Shown piece after piece: positions 27,841-38,389 of a stretch of 64,000 nt of DNA (position 1 is its first letter; the number at the start of each line of letters is the position of its first letter). The stretch is from NCBI GenBank assembly GCA_017429165.1, contig JAFRPL010000019.1:43891-107890 (forward strand), in the 5' to 3' direction. The notes beneath the pieces are model-generated. The model was not told the origin of the DNA. It searched no databases and saw nothing but the letters and a program-made list of their open reading frames with translations. The position numbers were made by a program, and so were the translations under genes. Source of the DNA: Clostridia bacterium (GTDB lineage: Bacteria > Bacillota > Clostridia > Oscillospirales > CAG-382).

Positions 27841-30471
27841 ATGAAAAAGACAGCGATACTCATCGCAGCGCTCATACTCATCCCGGCGCTCACGCTGGGC
27901 TCGGTGCTTTTCCTTCTGCACCGTTCGGACGAGCCGGAAGACGAAAGCGCGCAGGTGAATTTTTCGGAAACCGACAGAAGCGGCGCGGAAGAAAGCAGTA
28001 CGGAAGAGCCCGTTTCGCTTTACGGGTGCCCGCACAGAGCGGATTGGATTTATTTTGAATCGGATTTTGACGAGCACGGCAACGGGACGATGCTTTACAG
28101 ATGCGATCACTGCGGCAGCGTCCTTGCGAAACGCGCGCTTTACAGAACGCCGGAAGGGGTAGTTTATTATGTAGACGAAAACGGCGACTACGCGTTGTGC
28201 GGTATAAACAAAGAAGCAAAAGAAACGGTTATACCCGCAGCCGTGAACGGCAGGACCGTTGCCGGAGTGGATCTGAGCTCCTCGGGCGGCAGTCACGTTT
28301 ACCTGCCCGCCACGATAGAGTATATCACCGACAAAACTCTGAGAGGCATACATTATCTTTCCCATTATTCGCTGGACCCGGCAAATCCGTATTATACGCT
28401 GACCGAGACCTGCCTGATAGACAAGCGCACAAAGACTCTTTTGATCGGCAACGCCAAATGCGTGATCCCTTCCGACGGCAGCGTGACGAAGATAGGCGAT
28501 AACGCGCTGAAAAACGTGGAATCGGTGTATATCCCCGCGTGCGTGACCGAAATAAGCGGGCTGTCTTATAGTTACAGTTACGAGGGAACATCCGACTTCA
28601 CGGTGGACGAGGCGAACGACACGTACGTTTTCAAAAACGGCTGCCTTATAAACAAAAAGACAAAAACGCTGGTGTTCGTGACCAAAGGTTACGAGCTGCC
28701 TGCCGACGGCAGCGTGACGCGCATAGGCGACTATGCGTTTTACAACAAGGACTTAAGTGAAAGCGAACTGTTTTTGCCCGCCTGTATCGAATACATAGGC
28801 GAAGGCGCGTTTAAAAACCTGGAAGTGACCAAGCTCACGATAGAAAGCCTTGACGCGTGGTATAACGTGGAGTTTGCCGGTATGGATTCGACGCCGCTCG
28901 GCGCGTACGAAAGAAGAATGTCATCCGGAAGAAGAGCGGCGTATCTGACCGACGGCACCGAGATAACCGCTATAGAAGTGCCGGAAAGCGTGACGCGCAT
29001 CAACGATTATGCGTTTTGCGGCTGGAATTCGGTCAGTGAGATAAAGTTTCACAACGACGTCGCTTATATAGGCAAGCACGCGTTCGACGGATGCTGGCTC
29101 CGCGAGCTTACGCTTCCCGAACGGGTGAAAGAGCTGGGCGAAGCCGCTTTTGCAAGCGCGAATCTGAAAACGCTTCATCTTCCCGAAGGGATAGTATACA
29201 TTGGCGAACAATGCTTTGCGAACTGCCGTTTTGATTCCGTGACCGCCGATTTTGAAAACAACGGATCCATAAAACTGAAAGACGGCTGCGTAATAGATTT
29301 CCCCGGAAAGACGCTGCTGTTCACCGCGCAGGAATTCGCCATCCCCGACGACCGCAGCGTGATACGCATAGCGGAAAAGGCGTGTTACATGACCGATGCG
29401 AAATCTATAATCATTCCCGATTCGGTGGAATACATAGGCGCGAACGCGTTTGAATCGTGCAAGGCGGAAAGCGTTGTGATACCGGATTCCGTGATCTATA
29501 TAGGCGACAGTGCTTTTAAGAACGCGTATATCAAAAGCGTGTTTATCCCCGCAAGCGTGGAATACGTGGGTATTGCCGCTTTTTCCTACTGCCCTTATCT
29601 TGAAGACGTGGAATACGAAAGCGGCTGCGCGGCGAACGTGGAAGCGAGCACGTTCTATTACTGTTCCGGCCTGAAAAAGCTGACGCTGCCGGACAGGGCG
29701 AGATACGCGGGGTCCGGCGCGTTCAACGGCTGCCCTCTGGAAACGCTCGTCATCCCCGACAGCGTGGTGCGGGTATTCGCATGGATCCCGTGGGACACGC
29801 TGCGTTCGATATCGATAGGCAGCGGACTGAAAATACTCAATGTCGGTTACTCCGCCACTTACCTTGAAAGCGTGTACGTAAGCCCGGAAAGCAAATATTA
29901 CAAATCGACGGACGGCTGCATCATAGAGATCGCGACCTCTACCCTGGTCGCGGCGGCTTTCGACAGCAGGATACCCGAAGACGGCAGCGTAAAAAATATA
30001 GGTCCCTACGTTTACAGCGCATGGAATATCAATAAGATACATATCCCTTATCCCGTGGAAGGCATAGGCGCAAGCGCGTTCGCCGACTGTGCCGAGCTTG
30101 AAGAGGTATCGTTTGCCGAAGGGCTGGTGAACATAGGCGACAGTGCGTTCAGCGGATGTGTGTCGCTTAAAGAAGCGTATTTCCCCAATACTCTTGAAAC
30201 GCTCGGAGAAGGGGCTTTTTGGGGCTGCGCGGCTTTGAAACGGGTGGATCTGAAAGAAGGCGTGAAGACCGTTGGAGAAAGGGCGTTCTGGGGGTGTGCT
30301 TTGCTTGAAGAGATAACGCTGCCGCGCAGCGTGGAAAGCGTGGGCAAGCAGGCGTTTATGAATTGCACGTCGCTCAAAAGGGTCTACGCTTACAGCGGCA
30401 CCGTGTTCGCCGAAGACGTTTTTGCAAACATACCCGAACCGCCCGAGATAATATATCTTGATAAAGAATAA
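27841..30471 (+). CDS. BspA-type leucine-rich repeat (LRR_5) surface protein 1
   Basis: N-terminal TM anchor, CxH..CxxC, many IP.SV..IG..AF repeats; RBS GAAAGGA. Confidence 0.9.
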   Translation: MKKTAILIAALILIPALTLGSVLFLLHRSDEPEDESAQVNFSETDRSGAEESSTEEPVSLYGCPHRADWIYFESDFDEHGNGTMLYRCDHCGSVLAKRALYRTPEGVVYYVDENGDYALCGINKEAKETVIPAAVNGRTVAGVDLSSSGGSHVYLPATIEYITDKTLRGIHYLSHYSLDPANPYYTLTETCLIDKRTKTLLIGNAKCVIPSDGSVTKIGDNALKNVESVYIPACVTEISGLSYSYSYEGTSDFTVDEANDTYVFKNGCLINKKTKTLVFVTKGYELPADGSVTRIGDYAFYNKDLSESELFLPACIEYIGEGAFKNLEVTKLTIESLDAWYNVEFAGMDSTPLGAYERRMSSGRRAAYLTDGTEITAIEVPESVTRINDYAFCGWNSVSEIKFHNDVAYIGKHAFDGCWLRELTLPERVKELGEAAFASANLKTLHLPEGIVYIGEQCFANCRFDSVTADFENNGSIKLKDGCVIDFPGKTLLFTAQEFAIPDDRSVIRIAEKACYMTDAKSIIIPDSVEYIGANAFESCKAESVVIPDSVIYIGDSAFKNAYIKSVFIPASVEYVGIAAFSYCPYLEDVEYESGCAANVEASTFYYCSGLKKLTLPDRARYAGSGAFNGCPLETLVIPDSVVRVFAWIPWDTLRSISIGSGLKILNVGYSATYLESVYVSPESKYYKSTDGCIIEIATSTLVAAAFDSRIPEDGSVKNIGPYVYSAWNINKIHIPYPVEGIGASAFADCAELEEVSFAEGLVNIGDSAFSGCVSLKEAYFPNTLETLGEGAFWGCAALKRVDLKEGVKTVGERAFWGCALLEEITLPRSVESVGKQAFMNCTSLKRVYAYSGTVFAEDVFANIPEPPEIIYLDKE

Positions 30472-30528
30472 ACGAAAAAACCGCCGCGCGCAACGTCCGC
30501 CGCGGGCAAGGAAAGGAAACGTCAAAAT

Positions 30529-32949
30529 ATGAAAAAGACAGCGATACTCGTCGCAGCGCTCATACTCATCCCCGCGCTCACGCTGGGCTCGGTGCTTTTC
30601 CTTCTGCACCGTTCGGACGAGCCGGAAGACGAAAGCGCGCAGGTGAATTTTTCGGAAACCGACAAAAGCGGCGCGGAAGAAAGCAGTACGGAAAACGATT
30701 GCGCGCACGAAAAGACTTATCGCGGAACGCGCACAGAAGGAGCGGATATCCCCGAAGGCGCCGTGGGATTGACAGTATTGCTATGCGAAACGTGCAAAAA
30801 AGAACTTGACGTCCGCCCGATGTGGGATTATAAGTATGGCGAAAACATAACTTTGACGTATTTTGAAAACGACGACGGCGGCTGCACCGTGATAATGATG
30901 AGCGTGCCGCGGTCGTTGAAACTGCTGGAGCTGCCGGAAGAATTAAACGGTCTGCCGGTCACGGCGCTGGATACGAACCAAGTTATCAGTTGGCTGTCGG
31001 CTACGACGACGACGATTTGCCTTCCGGACACGGTAAACTACATATCGCCGCGGATACTGCGTTTATGCAACAACAATTTTAAAACCGGCGAAGGGAACCC
31101 TTATTACAGATACGTGGACAAATGTCTTGTGGATCTGCGGACGGGCGAGCTCGTATATTCGCTCGAAGGCTGCGTGATACCCGACGACGGCAGCGTAACG
31201 AAGATAGGAGATTGCGCGCTTAGAACCAATAACTATACCCTGTTCATCCCCGCGAGCGTCAGTGAGCTGACCGGAAGTTCTTTCATGGGCGGCGGCGGAG
31301 ATCTGATACTGGAAGTAGACGAAGCAAACGAGACGTTTGCAATGATAGAGAACTGCCTTGTAAACGTAAAGACGAAAACACTGGTGTTCGGCTGTCCTGG
31401 ATATTCGATCCCGCGCGACGGCAGCGTAACGAAGATAGACGAATACGCCTTTGCTTATACGTATCAACCAGAAGAGATATTTATTCCCGCCTGTATCGAA
31501 TCTATAGGCGCGAGCGCTTTTGCAATGCAGCCGAAAAAAGTCGTTATAGAAGACCTTGAATCATGGCTGAAGATAGATTTTGCCGACAGCGGTTCGTCGC
31601 CGTTCAAGATATACGAGGAAGCGAAAGCTTATGACGCAAACGGCAACAGGCTGACGCACATAACCATACCCGACGAAATAACGGAAATAAAGCCCTACGC
31701 TTTTTACGGGTGCCGGGACCTTGAAAGCGTTACGTTCAACGGAAAAGAGACGCGGATAGGCGATATGGCGTTCAGCAATACTTCGCTCGCAACGCTGGAT
31801 CTGCCGAGCAGCGTGCGCGAGCTTGGGAAATACGCTTTTGCGGGTACTAAATTGGAAAAAGCGGAGCTGCCCGCAAGCTTGACGAAAATAGATACGGGGT
31901 GTTTTAACGCCTGCCCTTTGGAAAGCGTGACGATGGAAAACGGCGGCAACGGCGTTTATTCGATAAAGGAAAACTGCATTATTGAAATCGCCGAAAAGAA
32001 ACTTATATACAGCTGCTGCGATCACATACCGTCCGACGGAAGCGTTGAACGGATAGGCGAGATCGCGTTTCAGGGAAACCGCAAAATAACGCGTCTGGTC
32101 GTTCCGGATACGGTGAAATATATAGAACGCAAAGCGTTCTTCCACTGTAATTGGCTTGTGAGCGTGAGTTTCCCCGCGGGGCTTGAATACATAGGGGAAG
32201 AGGCGTTTATGGCCTGCGATATGCTGACGGACGTGGTATTCGACCGTGAATGCGCCGCAGAGATAGAATTTTTCGCTTTTAATAACTGTCCGCTTATGAA
32301 CGTGGAACTGCCCGGAAAGACCGAACGCATAGGCGCTTTCGCCTTTGATTCATGGGCACCCGAAAAGCTCGTCACACCCGACAGTCTCAAATATCTGGGC
32401 TCGGGCGCGATCAGATTGAACGGTTTGACCGAGCTTTATATCGGCAGATCGCTCGAGACGCTCCCAAACATCATATCAACATCTCTGCGGGTGATAGAAG
32501 TACACCCCGAAAATAAAAAGTACGCCGTCGTGAACGGCTGCCTTATAGATAAATTCGCGGCTGAACTGATAGAAGTCTGCGCCGGGGCGGTCATTCCGTC
32601 GGACGGAAGCGTAAAACAGCTCGGCGACGCTTTTGCGCGGCGTGATATCGCCGAAATACGCGTACCCGCGGCGGTTGAGACCGTGGGCGCGGGCGCGTTC
32701 CGCAGCTGCACAGAGCTCAAGAGCGTGATACTTGAAGAAGGCGTGAAGACCGTTGGGGAAAGGGCGTTCTGGGGGTGTGCTTCGCTTGAAGAGATAACGC
32801 TGCCGCGCAGCGTGGAAAGCGTGGGCAGGCAGGCGTTTATGAATTGCACGTCGCTCAAAAGGGTCTACGCTTACAGCGGCACCGTGTTCGCCGAAGACGT
32901 TTTTGCAAACATACCCGAGCCCGAGATAATATATCTTGATAAAGAATAA
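30529..32949 (+). CDS. BspA-type LRR surface protein 2
   Basis: Same leader and anchor; LRR_5 repeats; C-terminus nearly identical to protein 1. Confidence 0.9.
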   Translation: MKKTAILVAALILIPALTLGSVLFLLHRSDEPEDESAQVNFSETDKSGAEESSTENDCAHEKTYRGTRTEGADIPEGAVGLTVLLCETCKKELDVRPMWDYKYGENITLTYFENDDGGCTVIMMSVPRSLKLLELPEELNGLPVTALDTNQVISWLSATTTTICLPDTVNYISPRILRLCNNNFKTGEGNPYYRYVDKCLVDLRTGELVYSLEGCVIPDDGSVTKIGDCALRTNNYTLFIPASVSELTGSSFMGGGGDLILEVDEANETFAMIENCLVNVKTKTLVFGCPGYSIPRDGSVTKIDEYAFAYTYQPEEIFIPACIESIGASAFAMQPKKVVIEDLESWLKIDFADSGSSPFKIYEEAKAYDANGNRLTHITIPDEITEIKPYAFYGCRDLESVTFNGKETRIGDMAFSNTSLATLDLPSSVRELGKYAFAGTKLEKAELPASLTKIDTGCFNACPLESVTMENGGNGVYSIKENCIIEIAEKKLIYSCCDHIPSDGSVERIGEIAFQGNRKITRLVVPDTVKYIERKAFFHCNWLVSVSFPAGLEYIGEEAFMACDMLTDVVFDRECAAEIEFFAFNNCPLMNVELPGKTERIGAFAFDSWAPEKLVTPDSLKYLGSGAIRLNGLTELYIGRSLETLPNIISTSLRVIEVHPENKKYAVVNGCLIDKFAAELIEVCAGAVIPSDGSVKQLGDAFARRDIAEIRVPAAVETVGAGAFRSCTELKSVILEEGVKTVGERAFWGCASLEEITLPRSVESVGRQAFMNCTSLKRVYAYSGTVFAEDVFANIPEPEIIYLDKE

Positions 32950-33006
32950 ACGAAAAAACCGCCGCGCGCAACGTCCGCCGCGGGCAAGGAAAGGAAACGT
33001 CAAAAT

Positions 33007-34818
33007 ATGAAAAAGACAGCGATACTCATCGCAGCGCTCATACTCATCCCGGCGCTCACGCTGGGCTCGGTGCTTTTCCTTCTGCACCGTTCGGACGAGC
33101 CGGAAGACGAAAGCGCGCAGGTGGATTTTTCGGAAACCGACAGAAGCGGCGCGGAAGAAAGCAGCGCGGAAGAAAGCGCCGCGGAAAACGATTGCGCGCA
33201 CGAATACACCGTGCGGACGTATAAAACGCCGGAACAGTATCCCGCGCCGGCCGGGGCGTACGGAACGCACCTTACGTTGTGTTCCGATTGCGGAGCGACG
33301 CTGGAAGAGCACGTTCTGTGGCGCGACGGGCAGGGTATAGTTTATTATACGGACGGCAACGGCGGCTGCACGGTATGTATCGTCGAACGCGAGCTCGTAA
33401 ACGCGGACCGGTACGATATCCCCGAAACCGTGGCAGGCCTGCCGGTAACGGCGATAGACGCCGCCATGCCGTATCCTTCCGCAGGATCCACATTGGGGAT
33501 CCCGGCTTCGGTCGGGCTTTTTACGGAATACACGCTGAACTCTTTGCAGTGCCTGCTCGATATAGATCCTTCGAACCCGTATTATTCTTTTACGGGCGGA
33601 TGCCTTATCGACATGCGTGAAAAAGCGGTGATATACCACGCAAAAAACGCACCGTGCATCATTCCCGCCGACGGCAGCGTGACAAAGATCGCCCACAACG
33701 CGCTGCTCGGGATATCGGGCGAGCTGAAGATCCCCGCGAGCGTTACCGAAATATACGGCGATTCGATCACCGCGGAAGGCGAGCTCGTTTTGACGCTCGA
33801 CCCCGCCAACGAAACGTTCATATATAAAGACAACTGTCTTATCAACGTAGCGGCAAAGACGCTGGTGATGGGGTTCAACGGCGCCGCGATCCCCGCTGAC
33901 GGCAGCGTGGAACGCATTGACGCTTACGCGTTTTTCAACAAGGGACAGTTACGCGGGATCTCGCTGTTCATGCCGGCAAGCGTCAAATACATAGGCAAGC
34001 AGGCGTTCGCCTCCTGCAACGTCAAGCTGCTCACAATAGAAGATCTCGACTCCTGGTGCCGCATACAGTTCGCCGACTTGGGTTCGACGCCGGTAAAGCC
34101 TTACGTGGATACGCGCATCACCGACGCCGAAGGCAACAGCTTTAACGAACTGACCATACCCGATCCCGTGACCGAAATAAACGATTATTGCTTTTACGGG
34201 TGGAGATCGCTGGAGCGCGTGAAGTTCCACGCCAACGTGACGCGCATCGGCGCCATGGCTTTCTGCAGCACCGCGCTTACCGAAATAGAACTGCCGGAAG
34301 CTCTGCGCGAGCTGGGGACGAATGCTTTTGCGAATTGCAGGATCGCTTCGGTATATCTGCCTGCGGGGCTGGAACGTATAGGCGCGGGTTGTTTCAAGGG
34401 ATACGGGCAGATCGACATAAGCGCCGGTTTCACAGACAACGGGCATTATGCGCTCAAAAACGGCTGCGTGATAGACGTCGGCACAAAAACGCTGATCCTC
34501 GGCTGCGCCGAAAGCGTTATACCCGACGACGGAAGCGTGGAACGGATAGGCGAAGGCGCGTTTTCCCGCACGAAGACGCCGGTCGAGCTGATCATACCGG
34601 ATCCGGTGAAATATATAGACAGAGACGCGTTCGCCGCCTGCTTCCATCTGCAAAGCGTCAGCTTCCCGGCGGGGATAGAATACATAGATCCCACGGCTTT
34701 TGCCGGCTGCACGTTATTGACGAAAATATACGCTTACAGCGGGACCGTGTTCCCCGAAAACGCTTTTTCCGGGTCGGCTCCCGAGATAATATATCTGGAT
34801 AAACAAGTTGAAGAATAA
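33007..34818 (+). CDS. BspA-type LRR surface protein 3
   Basis: Same leader and anchor; LRR_5 repeats. Confidence 0.9.
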   Translation: MKKTAILIAALILIPALTLGSVLFLLHRSDEPEDESAQVDFSETDRSGAEESSAEESAAENDCAHEYTVRTYKTPEQYPAPAGAYGTHLTLCSDCGATLEEHVLWRDGQGIVYYTDGNGGCTVCIVERELVNADRYDIPETVAGLPVTAIDAAMPYPSAGSTLGIPASVGLFTEYTLNSLQCLLDIDPSNPYYSFTGGCLIDMREKAVIYHAKNAPCIIPADGSVTKIAHNALLGISGELKIPASVTEIYGDSITAEGELVLTLDPANETFIYKDNCLINVAAKTLVMGFNGAAIPADGSVERIDAYAFFNKGQLRGISLFMPASVKYIGKQAFASCNVKLLTIEDLDSWCRIQFADLGSTPVKPYVDTRITDAEGNSFNELTIPDPVTEINDYCFYGWRSLERVKFHANVTRIGAMAFCSTALTEIELPEALRELGTNAFANCRIASVYLPAGLERIGAGCFKGYGQIDISAGFTDNGHYALKNGCVIDVGTKTLILGCAESVIPDDGSVERIGEGAFSRTKTPVELIIPDPVKYIDRDAFAACFHLQSVSFPAGIEYIDPTAFAGCTLLTKIYAYSGTVFPENAFSGSAPEIIYLDKQVEE

Positions 34819-34875
34819 ACGAAAAAACCGCCGCGCGCAACGTCCGCCGCGGGCAAGGAAAGGAAACGTCAAAAT

Positions 34876-37152
34876 ATGAAAAAGACAGCGATACTCATCG
34901 CAGCGCTCATACTCATCCCCGCGCTCACGCTGGGCTCGGTGCTTTTCCTTCTGCACCGCTCGGATATACCGGACGACGAGGATCTTATTCCGGATAACGG
35001 CGAATGTATTCACGAATCCTATTCGTGGCGTTTGATGGAAGACAATGAAGGAACGCGGGTCTTACAATACAAATGCACTTCGTGCGGCAACGTCATTCAG
35101 GAACGTCGCCTTTACAGTTATTGGCAGGAAGGCATATTGCTGGAATACTACAAAGCCGAAAACGGCACCGCCGTATTGAGCGGCATCGTGTGGTACCCCG
35201 AAAGCGCTGCCGATGAACTTACTATGCCGGATACACTGGATGGTCTTCCGCTGGAAACGTTAGATATCGGACACGTTTACGTCGTCAAAAAAACCAGCGC
35301 CAAGTTACGGATCACGATAGGCGCGTACGTCAAAGAGATAGTCACTCCTTGTTCGTTCGACTCCCGGTTCGAATGGTCCGTGGACCCGCAAAACGAAACG
35401 TTTATTATCACCGACGGATTGCTGATCAACGTCAAAGAAAAAACGCTGGTCAAAGCTTTTTCCAGGCCGAAAACGCTCGGAACGGATCAGACCGTCGCCG
35501 TGCCCGATGACGGAAGCGTGGAACGGATAGGCGAAGGCGCGTTTTCGCAATGCCCGGTAGACGTGATCGCGATCCCCGACACCGTGGTATACATAGATAA
35601 AAAAGCTTTTGAAGGCTGCGAATTCAAAACGTTTCACATAGGCAAAAACATAAAAGAAATAGGCGAAGGCGCGTTTTACGGATGCCGGCGCCTCACCGGG
35701 ATCACCGTTGATCCGCAAAACGATCGTTACGTTTTTACCGACGGATGTCTTATAGACAGGGCCTCCGGCACGCTGATAGCAGCCACCGCAGACTGCGTCA
35801 TTCCCTCAGACGGCAGCGTGACGCGCATAGGAGCGCAAGCGTTTGCAAACGGAAGTTACATCACAAGAGGGCATTCGATAAATATTCCTTCGAGCATACG
35901 CAGCGTAGGCGAACAAGCGTTTTTGGGCGCCTATTTCGACACTGTTTATATCGAAGACGTCGCCGCCTATTGCGCCGCGGACAAAGGTGATTATTATTCT
36001 ATTCCTTTCGGCCTCGAAACAAAGATATACGTCGGCGGAAATCCGTGCGAAGATCTGGTCATACCCGCCGGCGTAAGAGAGATAAAGCCGTATTCATTTT
36101 ACAGCGCGCCGATAAAGACGCTGAACTTTGAAGGCGACGACGCCGAAATTATAGGGGACCGGGCGTTTTACTTTTCCACGCTGATATCGGCGACCCTGCC
36201 CGCCGGCATAAAAACCATAGGCAGATACGCTTTCTGCGCCAGTGCGCTTGAAAAACTGACTTTTGAACCCGGCTGCGCTGCTGAGATCCGCTGCGCGGCG
36301 TTTGGAATGTGTAAATTAAACGACATTACTCTTCCTGACAGCGCAAAGGTCATAGGCGCATATGCGTTTTCGGGGGCGCATACAGGCAAACTGACGCTGC
36401 CCGATTCTCTGGTCGCCGTGGGCGACCGCGCTTTCGGCGGATTCGATGAGATCTATATAGGCGCGTCGCTCGCGAGGATAGACGGCAGCATTTTTGACGA
36501 GGCGGTCTACGACAACAAAACAAAGCTTGAAAAAACCATAAAGTCCGTTACCGTTTCGGCCGACAACCTCAATTACGCGGTAAACGGCGGCTGCTTTATA
36601 GACCTGCGCGACGGAAAACTTATATACGCGCTGAACGACGCCGTGATACCCGGCGACGGGAGCGTAAAGATCATATGCGAAAAATCGTTTGTAAACTGTT
36701 CAAAGCTCGGCAAAGTCGTGATACCCGATTCGGTGGCCGAAATACGGACGGAAGCGTTTTATGAATGCGACAACATAGAACAACTCGTTATCCCCGGTAC
36801 GGCACAAGTCGAATGCGACGCCTTTGACCACTGCGAAATAGAACGCCTGATATTCGCCGAAGGCGTGGAAAAGGTTGAATGTCAGCGGGTGTTCTGCTGC
36901 GCCGTCGGACGCTTGGAGCTGCCCGAAACGCTTGTCGAGTTCGATTTCACCAATATCATAAACAATACGATACGCGAAGACGTTTATCTCCCCGACAGTC
37001 TGGAGCTTTTGACTTTTTCTTCTTACTACGCGTTTTACGAAAACCTGCCGGCGATTTCCATCAGCCCCGATACAAAGCTCGGCGAAGGCGAAGCGCGCGA
37101 GCGGTACGAGATCGACGGGCTTTCGGATATGATAACCAAGCGCGGCGAATAA
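34876..37152 (+). CDS. BspA-type LRR surface protein 4
   Basis: Same leader and first 30 aa; LRR_5 repeats. Confidence 0.9.
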   Translation: MKKTAILIAALILIPALTLGSVLFLLHRSDIPDDEDLIPDNGECIHESYSWRLMEDNEGTRVLQYKCTSCGNVIQERRLYSYWQEGILLEYYKAENGTAVLSGIVWYPESAADELTMPDTLDGLPLETLDIGHVYVVKKTSAKLRITIGAYVKEIVTPCSFDSRFEWSVDPQNETFIITDGLLINVKEKTLVKAFSRPKTLGTDQTVAVPDDGSVERIGEGAFSQCPVDVIAIPDTVVYIDKKAFEGCEFKTFHIGKNIKEIGEGAFYGCRRLTGITVDPQNDRYVFTDGCLIDRASGTLIAATADCVIPSDGSVTRIGAQAFANGSYITRGHSINIPSSIRSVGEQAFLGAYFDTVYIEDVAAYCAADKGDYYSIPFGLETKIYVGGNPCEDLVIPAGVREIKPYSFYSAPIKTLNFEGDDAEIIGDRAFYFSTLISATLPAGIKTIGRYAFCASALEKLTFEPGCAAEIRCAAFGMCKLNDITLPDSAKVIGAYAFSGAHTGKLTLPDSLVAVGDRAFGGFDEIYIGASLARIDGSIFDEAVYDNKTKLEKTIKSVTVSADNLNYAVNGGCFIDLRDGKLIYALNDAVIPGDGSVKIICEKSFVNCSKLGKVVIPDSVAEIRTEAFYECDNIEQLVIPGTAQVECDAFDHCEIERLIFAEGVEKVECQRVFCCAVGRLELPETLVEFDFTNIINNTIREDVYLPDSLELLTFSSYYAFYENLPAISISPDTKLGEGEARERYEIDGLSDMITKRGE

Positions 37153-37170
37153 AGCCCGTCAAAGAAAATC

Positions 37171-37200
37171 CCCCGAAAAAAGCCAACGCTTTTTTCGGGG
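37171..37200. terminator. Terminator hairpin after the LRR array (convergent genes)
   Basis: CCCCGAAAAAAGC-caac-GCTTTTTTCGGGG. Confidence 0.8.
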
Positions 37201-37227
37201 GAAAAGTTTATTTTGGCAAAAGGTCCG

Positions 37228-37626
37228 CTATTCCCTTGCCTTTTTGATTATGCGCATAATGAGCACGGTCGCGGTATAAAGAACGGTATAAACGAGCGTG
37301 AGTATAAAAATGAAAAGCACTATCTGGCGGGCGTCCTTGCCGGGGTCGGCCATGATAAGCCCCGCCGCGAGCGTGCATGCATAGAGCGCCAGCGCGTGGA
37401 TGACGCGCTTTGCCGCGGCGGAGATCTTAAGCGTGAACACCGATTCCAGCGCGCCCATCGCCCACGAATAGACGAACAGCACCGCCACGTTTTTAAAAAG
37501 CAGCCCGTACGCGCCGGCGGCGGAACGTCCGCCCATGGCTATTGCGAGTGCGCCGGTATACACGAGCGCCGCAACGGAAAAGAAGCTGCACGCCACGAAC
37601 GCTATCTTTTTGAACATCGCCATCAC
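37228..37626 (-). CDS. Hypothetical membrane protein (about 4 TM)
   Basis: Hydrophobic ORF coupled to the upstream gene. Confidence 0.7.
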   Translation of the reverse strand: MMAMFKKIAFVACSFFSVAALVYTGALAIAMGGRSAAGAYGLLFKNVAVLFVYSWAMGALESVFTLKISAAAKRVIHALALYACTLAAGLIMADPGKDARQIVLFIFILTLVYTVLYTATVLIMRIIKKARE

Positions 37627-38045
37627 CGTTCTCCGTTTTCCAAAAACCTTTCAAGCCCCGCGGGCAGCGAATCCGCAAACGCGGAAGCCGTTACGAGACA
37701 GTTTATATTTCTTTCTTCTATTATCTTTTCTATTCTGAACATGAATTCCGCAAAGGAAGCCGTATCGCCGCCGCATATCTTGAGCGCCGAATCTATGAAA
37801 AGATCGGTCACGTCGTAATTGCCGGCGAGCACGCCGCACGCAAAACCGTAAAATTCATACGCGTCCGAAACGCCGTACGCCTTGGCGTCTATGAGCCGCA
37901 CCTGCGGTTTGAGCTCGTACGAAAGTTTTCTGCCGTATTCTATGCAAATAACGCTGCCCTTGCTCGCAAGTCCCGCCGCGTTAGCCTCTTCTATAAGGCG
38001 TTTGGTTTTGCCGGCTCCTTTGGCCCCCACTATCAAACGTATCAT
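37623..38045 (-). CDS. Small P-loop protein (conserved clostridial hypothetical)
   Basis: MIRLIVGAKGAGKTK...NYDVTDLFID. Confidence 0.8.
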   Translation of the reverse strand: MIRLIVGAKGAGKTKRLIEEANAAGLASKGSVICIEYGRKLSYELKPQVRLIDAKAYGVSDAYEFYGFACGVLAGNYDVTDLFIDSALKICGGDTASFAEFMFRIEKIIEERNINCLVTASAFADSLPAGLERFLENGER

Positions 38046-38389
38046 TTTGACCACCTTCCGTTTTAACAAATGCGCTCCCTTGCGGGGCAATTATATTGTA
38101 CTATACCCCGCCGTTTTTTGCAATAGCAAATTTGATTTTTTAACGCGTTTTGCGGGTTTTCTTTTGCGCGTGCCGCGGGCGCCCGAAAAGGGTGCGAATT
38201 GTCCCTTTACATTTGCAATTTTTTTGATATAATGGATATTGGCACAGAAGACGCGCCAAATGTAAACAATTTGTAAACAATGCGAAATTATGAAGGAGCA
38301 AAGGCTTTTGCGACTGTTTGTATTAATAGGAGGGGAAAAGAATAACGCAGGAACTCATGTTAGAATTTAAATTGTACGGAGGTATTGTT

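Larger units (their letters stand above)
27792..34962 (+). repeat. Four near-identical leader+RBS+anchor blocks (starting 27792, 30480, 32958, 34827); about 430-bp direct repeats at 30254-30687 and 32735-33165
   Basis: Copies 1 and 2 differ at 4 of 214 nt by manual comparison. Confidence 0.95.

Noticed and set aside
27792-34962. CRISPR array, integron or shufflon
   Set aside because: Repeats are 135-430 bp, coding, direct and kb-spaced; no cas genes, attC-like palindromes, inverted cassettes or adjacent recombinase
27841-37152. Diversity-generating retroelement explanation for the LRR repeats
   Set aside because: No reverse transcriptase in the window; differences between repeat copies are few, not adenine-restricted, and all copies lie in or next to intact genes
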